From a bacterium (lineage in GTDB: Bacteria > CLD3 > SB21): DNA of 64,000 nt. Under the pieces are notes generated by a model, which saw nothing but the letters and a program-made list of their open reading frames with translations, ran no database searches and had not been told where the DNA came from. Shown in pieces: positions 41,700 to 50,462 of this stretch (within the stretch, counting starts at the first letter, position 1; each line of letters starts with the position of its first letter). The DNA is taken from positions 28,372 to 92,371 of the forward strand of contig WBUR01000002.1 in NCBI GenBank assembly GCA_008933615.1, in the 5' to 3' direction. The translations under genes were made by a program, and so were the position numbers.

Positions 41700-42287
41700 A
41701 TGAAAACAATGAAAATCTCAACAATGGTACTTCTTGGACTTCTATGGGTCATGAGTTGCAGCAATAACGATGATATGATGCAGGCACTGCGGATTAGCCC
41801 AAAAGATGGCGAAACGGGTGTTGCCTTGAATAAAAACATCGAATTGGATTTTGATACACCTATGGCGCGTTCAGTTGTTCAAAGAAATTTCCACATGATG
41901 ACAACACAAAAAATGCAGACGATTGCAGATTCCATGATGGTTTATATGGTAATGATGGGGATGATGACACACGGCGATTCAGCGACAATTTATGACGGAA
42001 TGATGCGAATGATGGACAACAATACGATGCGCGGAACCTTTGTTTGGAACTCGGATTCGACCCGGTGCACGTTTGATCCTGATTCGCTTATGATGCCCGG
42101 TACACAATACCGAATGCACATGGGCCAAGAAATGATGACGATGACCGGTATGATGCAAGGTGACGGTATGATGTCGGATGACAATCATGGAATGATGGGC
42201 AATGCCGGCGGTATGATGCATGGGGATATGATGATTAATTTTACTACCGGCAACAGTATGATGAAATCAGGCAACCTGAAAAATTAG
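41700..42287 (+). CDS. Extremely methionine-rich lipoprotein: an Ig-like (Big_5-type) domain plus an MM-dipeptide repeat tail
   Basis: Lipobox VMSC. …ISPKDGETGVALNKNIELDFDTPM… resembles a bacterial Ig-like domain. About 40 of 195 residues are Met, mostly as MM pairs (SMMVYMVMMGMMTHG, DGMMRMMDNN, GMMQGDGMMSDDNHGMMGNAGGMMHGDMM). Confidence 0.65.
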   Translation: MKTMKISTMVLLGLLWVMSCSNNDDMMQALRISPKDGETGVALNKNIELDFDTPMARSVVQRNFHMMTTQKMQTIADSMMVYMVMMGMMTHGDSATIYDGMMRMMDNNTMRGTFVWNSDSTRCTFDPDSLMMPGTQYRMHMGQEMMTMTGMMQGDGMMSDDNHGMMGNAGGMMHGDMMINFTTGNSMMKSGNLKN

Positions 42288-42297
42288 GAGTAGAACT

Positions 42298-42660
42298 ATG
42301 TTAGTTCATAATAGAATTTTTATAGCGGCTATATTCAGTCTGATCTTTGCGACCGGATGTACCAGCCCCATGTTGACCATATATAAGGAAAATCCTCTGT
42401 CCAAAGAAGTAATAATCATTGCCGGCAACACTGAAAACATGACCATCGGCAAAACCTACATTGTCTATCGAAACGAAATCCATACCACCTTGCCTTCATC
42501 CGGCGCTCATGCAGGACACGGTGGTCATGATATGGGAGGATCCACCCTTTCAAGAAAGATGGTGGGTCTTATACTTATTACAACAATTTTGGATTCTAAA
42601 ACCGCCTCTGCTCAAGTCGTAAGTGGTGACGTGCAGAATGGAGATATAGCCGAGGAATAG
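42298..42660 (+). CDS. Small His-rich lipoprotein (hypothetical)
   Basis: Lipobox FATGC. Motif SSGAHAGHGGHDMGG. Last gene of the tightly packed operon. Confidence 0.45.
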   Translation: MLVHNRIFIAAIFSLIFATGCTSPMLTIYKENPLSKEVIIIAGNTENMTIGKTYIVYRNEIHTTLPSSGAHAGHGGHDMGGSTLSRKMVGLILITTILDSKTASAQVVSGDVQNGDIAEE

Positions 42661-42767
42661 TCGGATAAAATCTGTCAACACAATAATTTCTCTTGAGGTA
42701 TATTCTTTAAAGTATTTCTGAAATTGATTCTAACTCAATTCTCATTAATTAAACCAAGGAGTGATTT

Positions 42768-43121
42768 ATGAAAACCAGGATGTCTTTTTCTGTGTTAGTG
42801 ATGTTAATTTTGTGTCTGAATGTCAAAGCTTGGGCACAGGAATCAAAAGAAGCCGAAATTATATCGAAAATAGTTACCATTGATGTTCCTACCATTAAAT
42901 GCGGTTCATGCGTTAAAACCGTATCGAATGCTCTCAAACAATTGAAGGGAGTGGAAGAAGTCACTGTGGATAAAAAATCTAAAACGGCAGTTGTAAAATA
43001 CGATCCATCAAAACTAAAAGTAAATGACTTAGAAACGGCGATTTCAAAATCAGGTTATGACGCCAACGAGGTAAAAAGAGACAAAAAAGCGTTTGACGAA
43101 TTGGACTCATGTTGCCGCTAA
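42768..43121 (+). CDS. Secreted heavy-metal-associated (HMA) domain protein with a non-canonical CxxC motif
   Basis: Signal peptide (…NVKAWAQ). Ferredoxin-like HMA pattern …IVTIDVPTIKCGSCVKTVSNALKQLKGVEEVTVDKKSKTAVVKYD…LETAISKSGYDA…. C-terminus ends …DSCCR. Confidence 0.65.
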   Translation: MKTRMSFSVLVMLILCLNVKAWAQESKEAEIISKIVTIDVPTIKCGSCVKTVSNALKQLKGVEEVTVDKKSKTAVVKYDPSKLKVNDLETAISKSGYDANEVKRDKKAFDELDSCCR

Positions 43122-43238
43122 CAACGAAATTAATGTACTCCAAGCTTCATTCATACTAATTGCGATATAAAAAAATATATACCTGCACTACGGTTCAGTT
43201 GGTTAACGAAAGTTTATGACCCGCTGATTGCATTTGCC

Positions 43239-43811
43239 ATGCCCGAATTGAAGTTCAAAAAAGCATTGATCGAACAATCTCGTGTCAAAGCTAATCATAG
43301 CGTGCTTGATTTTGGTATGGGTACGGCCACATTATCTCTTTTACTAAAAAAAGAAGTACCCGATTCCTTTGTTACCGGAGTTGACGTTGATGATAAAATA
43401 TTATCTATTGCAAAACGGAAAATCGAGGAAAACAAAGCCGTGATTGTTGTTGATATATATGACGGATTAAAGCTCCCGTATGAGAATAATTCATTTGACA
43501 GGGTAATAACAAGCCTCGTGTTCCATCACCTTGATAAAGAACAAAAACTTAATTCTCTAAAAGAAATTTACCGGGTACTTAAACCAGCAGGAGAATTGCA
43601 TATAGCGGATTGGGGAAAAGCATCGAACGGATTTATGCGTTTGGTTTTTTATGGTGTACAGCTATTTGATGGATTTAGAACAACAAAAGATAATATTAAC
43701 GGATTACTGCCCGAATACATAAACAAAGCAGGATTTAAAGATATAAAAACGGGCAAATCTTTTAACACAATATTTGGAACGCTAACGCTATATAGAGGAG
43801 GCAAAAGTTGA
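43239..43811 (+). CDS. Class I SAM-dependent methyltransferase
   Basis: Motif I VLDFGMGTAT. Motif post-I VTGVDVDD. …VLKPAGELHIADW…. Confidence 0.75.
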   Translation: MPELKFKKALIEQSRVKANHSVLDFGMGTATLSLLLKKEVPDSFVTGVDVDDKILSIAKRKIEENKAVIVVDIYDGLKLPYENNSFDRVITSLVFHHLDKEQKLNSLKEIYRVLKPAGELHIADWGKASNGFMRLVFYGVQLFDGFRTTKDNINGLLPEYINKAGFKDIKTGKSFNTIFGTLTLYRGGKS

Positions 43812-44539
43812 TAAAAATATTCCAGGAAGACTATATGAATAAATATTTTTTAATGTTTTTAGCCGTTCTATTGCTAGGGTGCAAAAAAAACGAAACGTAC
43901 CAAGTTTATTACCGAGGCTCTTTAAGAGCCATCATGATGGGTGAAGACCTGGAAGCGAAAATGGAGATGGATTCAATAGCCGGGCTAAAGAACCTTTATG
44001 CTCTCGGTGCCATGGAAAACTTAAAAGGAGAAATGCTAGTCTTAAATAGCATTCCTCTTATCTCTACTGTAAGCGATTCTACGGTAACCGTTGAACGTAC
44101 TTTTAATAAAAAACCGGCATTACTTGTGTATGTACAGGTTACCCGTTGGGATACGATCAAAATTACACAACCATTACGCGATACGGGTGAATTAGAATCT
44201 TTAATTGCATCCATGATTGAAACAAGGCGTTTAACACAGCCTGTGCCATTTATATTGCGTGGGAACTTTGAATCACTTGAATGGCATGTGATACGACCCA
44301 AAAATAGAAAAATACAAAATGAACACGACGGGCATAAGAATACCGGCTTTAAGGGGGTATTAAAAAATGAAAACGATGTTTATGTATTAGGATTTTTTTC
44401 CACCGAACATCAGGGTATCATTACCCACCACGATGCATTTACGCATATGCATTTTAAGACACCGGATGATAAGCTGGCTGGACATGTAGACAATATTATT
44501 CTTAAAGGTGAGGTGAACTTATTGTTACCAGGTATATAG
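43808..44539 (+). CDS. Alpha-acetolactate decarboxylase-family lipoprotein
   Basis: Lipobox LLGCKK. The pattern …YQVYYRGSLRAIMMGE…GLKNLYALGAMENLKGEMLVLNS… and …VLGFFSTEHQGIITHHDAFTHMHFKT… parallels ALDC family proteins. The true start is probably the internal MNKYF at 43835. Confidence 0.5.
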   Translation: MIKIFQEDYMNKYFLMFLAVLLLGCKKNETYQVYYRGSLRAIMMGEDLEAKMEMDSIAGLKNLYALGAMENLKGEMLVLNSIPLISTVSDSTVTVERTFNKKPALLVYVQVTRWDTIKITQPLRDTGELESLIASMIETRRLTQPVPFILRGNFESLEWHVIRPKNRKIQNEHDGHKNTGFKGVLKNENDVYVLGFFSTEHQGIITHHDAFTHMHFKTPDDKLAGHVDNIILKGEVNLLLPGI

Positions 44540-44559
44540 ATAAGTTGAAGATTAAATTT

Positions 44560-46272
44560 TCATTCAAGCAGATGCGGGGCATTCCAGAAAAACTGGGTTA
44601 GGCCTTTGTTTGTGCCAAACCATACATAATCGCCGTCAATCAATATTTTTTTTACGCGCGCCCCGGCCAATCCGTCCTGGATTCCGTAATAGATCCACTT
44701 TTGCTTACGTTTGATGTATCGTAGGACGCCGTTGTTTGTCCCGATCCATAAATTATTTTCATCGGATGCCGCGTCATTGACGCCGGGCAATAAATACTGG
44801 GTATTGACTGGAATAGACTCCCAAAACATCCTTACCTTATTGTATCTGATAACGCTTAAGTCGGATGCAAAATAGATGTATGTTGAATCCTCCGTTAAAC
44901 CCCTGATCTGTTGATCAAGAAATTGCGAAGGACTGACAGTAAATCCCACCGCATTAAAATGAGAAAATGTATAGTCGGACAACGATACCGCATAGATGCC
45001 GTTGCTTGTGCCAAGCCAGATCGTCTTATTGAAGATTAATATTTTAAAGATAGAGACGTTAAATAATGCAGGAATTTCAATTTTAGAGATTACATATTCT
45101 TTCTGCTTGGGCCTAACTATGTTTAGCCCCTGCTGTGTTCCTACATACAAGTTGTTGCCTTCCGTTGCTATGGAATATACCGATGGATGATACAAACCGC
45201 TATACGTGCCATACGTTGTCCAATAGTCCATTTTGTTGATCCGTTGAACCAAACCTTCATCCGTTCCTATCCAAATATTGTTCTTATCGCTTATCATGCA
45301 GTTCACATTTTGCAGTCGCAAGCCTGACCTGAACCCGGAATCGTAATATTTAAAATCATCCTTTTCCTGATTCCATTCTGTGACTCCGGAAACAAAGGAG
45401 GAATAGGTTCGTCCATTTGATGAACGAATATTCCCGCCGGTCCACATAGTAATGTCGTCAAAGCACATAGCGGACACGTCCTCCATTGCAAGCCCGTAGT
45501 TTAAGGGTTCCGCTAAATAGGAAACGCTGTTTGCCTTCCAGACGCCGGCGCCATAAGTCGTGAGCCATAAATTACCAAGATGATCGTATACAGAAGAAGT
45601 GACAGGAAATTTACGAAATTCATTATCCGTAAAAACCTGTTCGTAATCGTCAAATTGAAAACCGGTTTCGGTGTTCGTAAAAATATGAGGCAATTTTCCT
45701 TGCGGCACCGCTCGCAAACCGTACCAGGCAACTACGGTTGTTTCGAGTAACGATTCTCGCGCAAACCCAAATAGTGAATTACTGGAAGATAAATAGCCTT
45801 TATTAGTTTGAAGCCAAACTTTGCTGCCTTCAAAGCCGATGGAGTGAATTTCTTCATCCAAAAGAATGCCGATTTGAAAATATGTTGCAGTTGTGAATTG
45901 TTGAGACACGGGGTTGTAGATTTGCAGACCCTCTCTTGACGCAACCCAAAGAAAGTCGTTTTGCTTTTCAACGGCGACAACTTTGATGTAATTATCCAAT
46001 AAGCCGTTGCTCGTGGTCAATGGATAATTGAACTGTTTTTTTGTAAAATCATAGCGTAAGACGCCGCCTAAGGTTCCGACATACGCAATTTTATAACTGA
46101 CTGCAATTGAAGTGCTGTAACGGGTCGCAGAAAAAGTAATCCAGTCGCCCGGCCTGTAGTTGAGTTGATAGTATATTTTTTCTACATCTTTTTTGGTTTG
46201 GGAATAAAGAAAGGCCGTAGAATTGGCAACTAGGAGCCCAAAAACGACACAATACTTAAGCATAGTTTTCAT
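44560..46272 (-). CDS. Secreted beta-propeller sensor-domain protein (two-component-regulator propeller / Y_Y_Y-like repeats), no kinase domain
   Basis: Signal peptide. Repeated …W.GT..GL..Y… blades (e.g. LWVASREGLQIYN, IWIGTDEGLVQRI, IWLGTSNGIYAVS, LWIGTNNGVLRYI, VWFGTNKGLTQF). Confidence 0.6.
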   Translation of the reverse strand: MKTMLKYCVVFGLLVANSTAFLYSQTKKDVEKIYYQLNYRPGDWITFSATRYSTSIAVSYKIAYVGTLGGVLRYDFTKKQFNYPLTTSNGLLDNYIKVVAVEKQNDFLWVASREGLQIYNPVSQQFTTATYFQIGILLDEEIHSIGFEGSKVWLQTNKGYLSSSNSLFGFARESLLETTVVAWYGLRAVPQGKLPHIFTNTETGFQFDDYEQVFTDNEFRKFPVTSSVYDHLGNLWLTTYGAGVWKANSVSYLAEPLNYGLAMEDVSAMCFDDITMWTGGNIRSSNGRTYSSFVSGVTEWNQEKDDFKYYDSGFRSGLRLQNVNCMISDKNNIWIGTDEGLVQRINKMDYWTTYGTYSGLYHPSVYSIATEGNNLYVGTQQGLNIVRPKQKEYVISKIEIPALFNVSIFKILIFNKTIWLGTSNGIYAVSLSDYTFSHFNAVGFTVSPSQFLDQQIRGLTEDSTYIYFASDLSVIRYNKVRMFWESIPVNTQYLLPGVNDAASDENNLWIGTNNGVLRYIKRKQKWIYYGIQDGLAGARVKKILIDGDYVWFGTNKGLTQFFWNAPHLLE

Positions 46273-47504
46273 GGTGTTGACAATATCAATTGTAAACGTT
46301 TGTGTGCATCATCTAAGGCTTGTTTAGCCGTTTTCTTTTTGTATATAGCATACTCTATTTCATCCTCAATCACGGTTTCGATTTTTATCCAATGCGAATG
46401 AATAGGGGATGGACGGGACGTCTGTAACTGTTCAAATAGAATTTTTTCTATAGGTTTTCCCTCGTAATAGGAATCATTGTCTAAAACTTTTGATGCCGGA
46501 AGCGTGACTTTTGAAACATCGCAAAGCTTTAGAGCGTTCTCCTTTTTCATCAGGAAACGTATGAATTCGACGGCGCTGTCTTTTTTTGTAGATTGTTTAT
46601 TTATTACGAGATATTCACCGCCAAAAAACGAGAACGAGCGTTGATCTTTCTTACTTTGTGGAAACATTATCGCGCCGTAATTCAGCCCCGGATTCTGATC
46701 AGCGATTTTTTTAATAAGCCATCCTCCTGAAAATACAAATCCAATGTGTCCTTGGGCAAACTTATCATCCAGGTTTTTTTGGCTTTCCAACAATCCATAT
46801 TCACATAATTTTAAATAATATTCGAGCGCTTCAATATTTTCTTTTGAATTAATAACGGAAGTCTTTTTATCCGGAGACAACACATCGCCTCCATTGCTCC
46901 AAAAAAAAGGCAATATTTTTTTATATAATTGATGAGGTTCTTTCTTCGTATTACCGAAACCGTAAATATCATGGTCGGGATTATGTGCTTTCTTTACTGC
47001 CGCAAGAAGTTCATCCCATGTATGAATAGAATCGTTCGCAACCAGCTGTTTGTTGTAGAAAATGACGCGCGAGCCCAGCATCCACGGAAAACCAAAGGTC
47101 TGTGAATCATCCTGGCAGGATTCCCATCCTAAAAAACCATCTTTGATTTTTGTAGCTTCTGAACTTACATCCGCCAAAACATCACGTGAAGCAAATTCGT
47201 AAATCCAGTCGGAACCCAGTTCAAGCATATCCGGAGCGCGTCCCGAGGCAAATGAAGCAACGATTTTGTCATGACCGCCGGACCATGTTAGTTCGGTCAT
47301 TTCGATTTTGATTCGTGGGTGAAGTTCTTCGAATTCGTTAATTAATTCTCTCACAATCGGCTTTTGATAGGGCTCTGCCCAAAATTGCCACCAGGTTATG
47401 ACTGTTCTATCTTCGGTAGGGAGTTTAGCGGAACACGAAATTGAAATGATACATAAAGTTGCTATGCATAAGATTGATTTCACGGACATTTGAAGCGATT
47501 TCAC
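46269..47504 (-). CDS. ABC-transporter extracellular solute-binding lipoprotein (family 1, sugar-type)
   Basis: Lipobox ISISCS. …ITWWQFWAEPY…, …FGFPW… and …GEYLVINKQS… are typical of SBP_bac_1. Confidence 0.7.
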   Translation of the reverse strand: MKSLQMSVKSILCIATLCIISISCSAKLPTEDRTVITWWQFWAEPYQKPIVRELINEFEELHPRIKIEMTELTWSGGHDKIVASFASGRAPDMLELGSDWIYEFASRDVLADVSSEATKIKDGFLGWESCQDDSQTFGFPWMLGSRVIFYNKQLVANDSIHTWDELLAAVKKAHNPDHDIYGFGNTKKEPHQLYKKILPFFWSNGGDVLSPDKKTSVINSKENIEALEYYLKLCEYGLLESQKNLDDKFAQGHIGFVFSGGWLIKKIADQNPGLNYGAIMFPQSKKDQRSFSFFGGEYLVINKQSTKKDSAVEFIRFLMKKENALKLCDVSKVTLPASKVLDNDSYYEGKPIEKILFEQLQTSRPSPIHSHWIKIETVIEDEIEYAIYKKKTAKQALDDAHKRLQLILSTP

Positions 47505-47511
47505 TATTTTG

Positions 47512-48951
47512 TCACACTAGTTTTTCAATTGTATGACCGACACGGAAACACATGGTTTCATCAAAAGCCTTTGAGATGACCTGAATACCAATCGGCATAT
47601 TTTCGGAGTTTGTTCCGCACGGCACGCTGAGGGCGGGATTCCCGGCGATATTAATATTTACTGTATAAACATCTGACAAATACATGGCGAGCGGGTCTTT
47701 AGTTTTTTCGCCGAATTTAAAGGCCACCGTTGGTGAAGTTGGCGCAAGTAAACAGTCAATGTTCTTTGAAAAAACGTTTACGAAGTCATTCTTTATCAGC
47801 GTTCGAACTTTCTGAGCCTTTTTGTAATAGGCTTCGTAATATCCTGCGCTTAAGACATAAGTACCCAGCATGATGCGCCGTTTAACTTCCTCACCAAACG
47901 CCTCGCTTCTGCTTTTGACATAGGTTTCAGCAATGGTCTTTGCCTCCTGGCTGCGATGGGTATAACGGATTCCATCATAACGCGCAAGATTGGACGACGC
48001 TTCAGCAGTTACAAGTATATAATACGTTGCAATTCCATACTCGGTATTCGGAAGCGACACGTCGACAATTTCCGCTCCTTCTTTTGATAACTTATCCATC
48101 ATTGAGCGTATGCTTTTTTCGATCGCAGCATCAAGACCTTTTCCAAAATATTCCTTCGGAATTCCGATTCGTAATCCTTTAACACCCATGGAAATATGAT
48201 CTGCATAATGGGGGACGGGAACATTCGCGCTGGTTGAATCCGATGCATCCAGGCCGGCAATAATTTCGGTTAATAGGGACGTGTCTTCCACATTATTGCC
48301 GATCGGCCCGATCTGGTCAAATGAAGATGCAAACGCGGATAACCCGTATCGTGATATCCGTCCATACGTGGGTTTTAGTCCTACGACTCCGCAAAAACTT
48401 GCCGGTAAGCGCACTGAACCGCCTGTTTCTGAACCTAATGCAACGGTGCTCATCCCTGCAGTAACGGCCACTACGCTTCCGCCGCTGGAGCCGCCTGGAA
48501 CTCGCGACGTGTCCAATGGATTCAGGACATTCCCATAAGCGGAATTTTCGTTGGACGAACCCATGGCAAATTCATCCATGTTCGCTTTGCCAATGATGAT
48601 GGCGTCTTCCTTTTCCAATCGTTCAATTACTGTTGCGTCATAAGGTGAAATATAATTTTCTAGAATTTTTGAACCGGATGTGTTGCGCTCATCTTTAACA
48701 ACAATAGCATCCTTTACAGCAACAACAAGTCCTGCTAATTTACCGGCGGATTTGGAATTTATTTTAGAATCTACAATTTCAGCTTGTTTTGCCAACTTTT
48801 CTTTATCAAACACCGTGATAAAAGCGTTTAAGTTTTTTTTCTTTTCAATATTTTGTAAATAGCCGTTAACCAATGTTTTGCACGAAGTCTGCCCGCTTTT
48901 CAATTCCATTGATATTTCAGAAAAGGTTTTGTTCACTGGATCTTTCTCCAA
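47512..48951 (-). CDS. gatA: Glutamyl/aspartyl-tRNA amidotransferase subunit A
   Basis: Amidase signature …GGSSGGSVVAVTAGMSTVALGSETGGSVRLPASFCGVVGLKPTYGRISRYGL…. Confidence 0.9.
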   Translation of the reverse strand: MEKDPVNKTFSEISMELKSGQTSCKTLVNGYLQNIEKKKNLNAFITVFDKEKLAKQAEIVDSKINSKSAGKLAGLVVAVKDAIVVKDERNTSGSKILENYISPYDATVIERLEKEDAIIIGKANMDEFAMGSSNENSAYGNVLNPLDTSRVPGGSSGGSVVAVTAGMSTVALGSETGGSVRLPASFCGVVGLKPTYGRISRYGLSAFASSFDQIGPIGNNVEDTSLLTEIIAGLDASDSTSANVPVPHYADHISMGVKGLRIGIPKEYFGKGLDAAIEKSIRSMMDKLSKEGAEIVDVSLPNTEYGIATYYILVTAEASSNLARYDGIRYTHRSQEAKTIAETYVKSRSEAFGEEVKRRIMLGTYVLSAGYYEAYYKKAQKVRTLIKNDFVNVFSKNIDCLLAPTSPTVAFKFGEKTKDPLAMYLSDVYTVNINIAGNPALSVPCGTNSENMPIGIQVISKAFDETMCFRVGHTIEKLV

Positions 48952-48992
48952 TTAATCATTATGTCTGGTTAAAACAAAATCGGCCGCGACGA

Positions 48993-49700
48993 TCAGGGGA
49001 AGTTTGTTATTATTTTAAATAAATCCGTCGGCGTGCTGATTTCAAAATCCGGTTTGTGCTTCCAAAATTTTGTATCAGCCCCGCTATATTTTACAACGAC
49101 CGAAATAACTTTGCTTTTTTCGCACAATCTATCTTTAAGGTTTCTTGCAAATTCAACATCCATCTGATGGTCGCCAATATAGAGTATGATTTTCTCCGCT
49201 ATGGTGTCAAATAACTGCTTCAGACACTTTATTCCGCCATATCCGGATGGTTTTTGTTCATCAGGAGGAATATCGTCATAGCCAACTATTGAGCCAAACT
49301 TATGAGATAAATTGTTTTCATTCAACACGCAATTTATGTTTTTAGAAGAATTCTGCGAACAAATCCCTTGGGGAATAGAAATTTGATCGATGGCTTCTTT
49401 AATCTTGGGGAACAAGTTAACGGGAGTTGGGTTTTTTAATTGATATTCAGTCCACAATCGTCCGGCATCAAGCATTTCAATTTTAGTCATTCCAAAATAA
49501 GAAATATACAAATCCTGCCAATTTTTGGCTTGATGATTGGCTGTGCTATATACTATTTCGCTTTTCAGACAGTCAGGTAAATTTTCTCCTGTCAGGCGAG
49601 GGGCTACAACCGACAGAATCTGTTTTGTAACGTCGAGGTTTTTTGGGACTGAATTTACCAAGGTTCCATCGTAGTCCCAAATGATTGCATCCACTTTCAT
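48993..49700 (-). CDS. HAD-superfamily hydrolase
   Basis: Motif I IIWDYDGTLV. C-terminal …YIGDHQMDVEFARN… supplies the motif III/IV Asp residues. Confidence 0.7.
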   Translation of the reverse strand: MKVDAIIWDYDGTLVNSVPKNLDVTKQILSVVAPRLTGENLPDCLKSEIVYSTANHQAKNWQDLYISYFGMTKIEMLDAGRLWTEYQLKNPTPVNLFPKIKEAIDQISIPQGICSQNSSKNINCVLNENNLSHKFGSIVGYDDIPPDEQKPSGYGGIKCLKQLFDTIAEKIILYIGDHQMDVEFARNLKDRLCEKSKVISVVVKYSGADTKFWKHKPDFEISTPTDLFKIITNFP

Positions 49701-49762
49701 TGAGTGCTCGTTATTGATTTATCTTAGTCTCAGATTAACGACTGTCCCGTACAAATGTACTA

Positions 49763-49808
49763 TACAAAAAAAATCCCGACACGCCGACAAGTCGGATAAT
49801 CGGGATTT
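49763..49808 (-). terminator. Rho-independent terminator downstream of tatA
   Basis: On the minus sense, AAATCCCGA…(inner CCGACttgTCGG hairpin)…TCGGGATTT is followed by TTTTTTTTGT. Confidence 0.65.
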
Positions 49809-49836
49809 CTAAAAAATATAATTCCGAAATATATTA

Positions 49837-50019
49837 TTATTTCTTATCCGGATCTTCGGTAATTCCTTTTTTGATCTCTTCTTCGGTCGAATGCATCGCG
49901 CGTTTGAATTCTCTGATGCCTTTACCCAGGCCTTGGGCAAATTCCGGGATTTTTTTGGCACCGAAAAGAACTAATACTGCGATACAAATGATAATAATTT
50001 CAGGCATACCTAAATTCAT
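49837..50019 (-). CDS. tatA: Twin-arginine translocase subunit TatA/E
   Basis: MNLGMPEIIIICIAVLVLFGAKKIPEFAQGLGKGIREFKRA… GGAGGTG Shine-Dalgarno 7 nt upstream of the chosen ATG. The ORF track start is 5 codons earlier. Confidence 0.85.
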   Translation of the reverse strand: MNLGMPEIIIICIAVLVLFGAKKIPEFAQGLGKGIREFKRAMHSTEEEIKKGITEDPDKK

Positions 50020-50133
50020 GAAAAGCACCTCCAATGGGAGTTAATAAGCATTTTTTACACAATCGAATGTATTGTTTTGTCAATTTAAATGCAACAAATA
50101 AAAAAGAGTAGGCGTCAACTACTCTTTGTTTTG

Positions 50134-50204
50134 CTGGAATGCAGGGATTCGAACCCCGATTAATGGATCCAGAGTCCATTGTCCTACCATTGGACGACAT
50201 TCCA
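50134..50204 (-). tRNA. tRNA-Gln (anticodon CUG)
   Basis: Hand-folded. Acceptor TGGAATG/CATTCCA gives a U1:A72 pair, typical of tRNA-Gln. D-arm GTCC-AATGGTA-GGAC. Anticodon arm ATGGA-CTCTGGA-TCCAT, with CTG at positions 34-36. T-arm CGGGG-TTCGAAT-CCCTG. Discriminator G. CCA is not encoded. Position 37 is G, which is atypical, so the isotype needs confirmation. Confidence 0.75.
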
Positions 50205-50462
50205 AAGAACGGCTCAATATATTCAACCGATAGTGAAAATGCAATATTGAAATTTTGAAAAATCAAATCCTCAATCAGGACGGAAAAGTTTAAATCTGCC
50301 TACCCTGCAGCAATAATCAGATCTGCGATTGAACGTGTGATATCATGTTTCGATAATTAGCCGCCGAATGAATCATCCAAAAACCCAAGAGTGGCATACT
50401 ATTGAATCATAAAAATAAAAAAAGTATATTTGTATATCTTACCATACTCAATGAGGCACATC

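Noticed and set aside
41979-42221. His-rich 80-aa minus-strand ORF (…HHSHHSV…) inside the Met-rich gene
   Set aside because: This is the antisense translation of the ATG-rich sense gene (CAT = His). The plus-strand gene has the lipobox, RBS and operon context.
43134-43238. In-frame open extension upstream of the methyltransferase ATG (…FSWLTKVYDPLIAFA-MPELKF…)
   Set aside because: No ATG, GTG or TTG start within the extension. It could indicate a 5'-truncated gene or non-canonical start, but the ATG at 43239 gives a complete class I methyltransferase core. The extension is recorded as uncertain, not called a pseudogene.
50000-50266. 88-aa minus-strand ORF
   Set aside because: Completely overlaps the hand-folded tRNA-Gln and the tatA upstream region. 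It is an artefact of the open frame.
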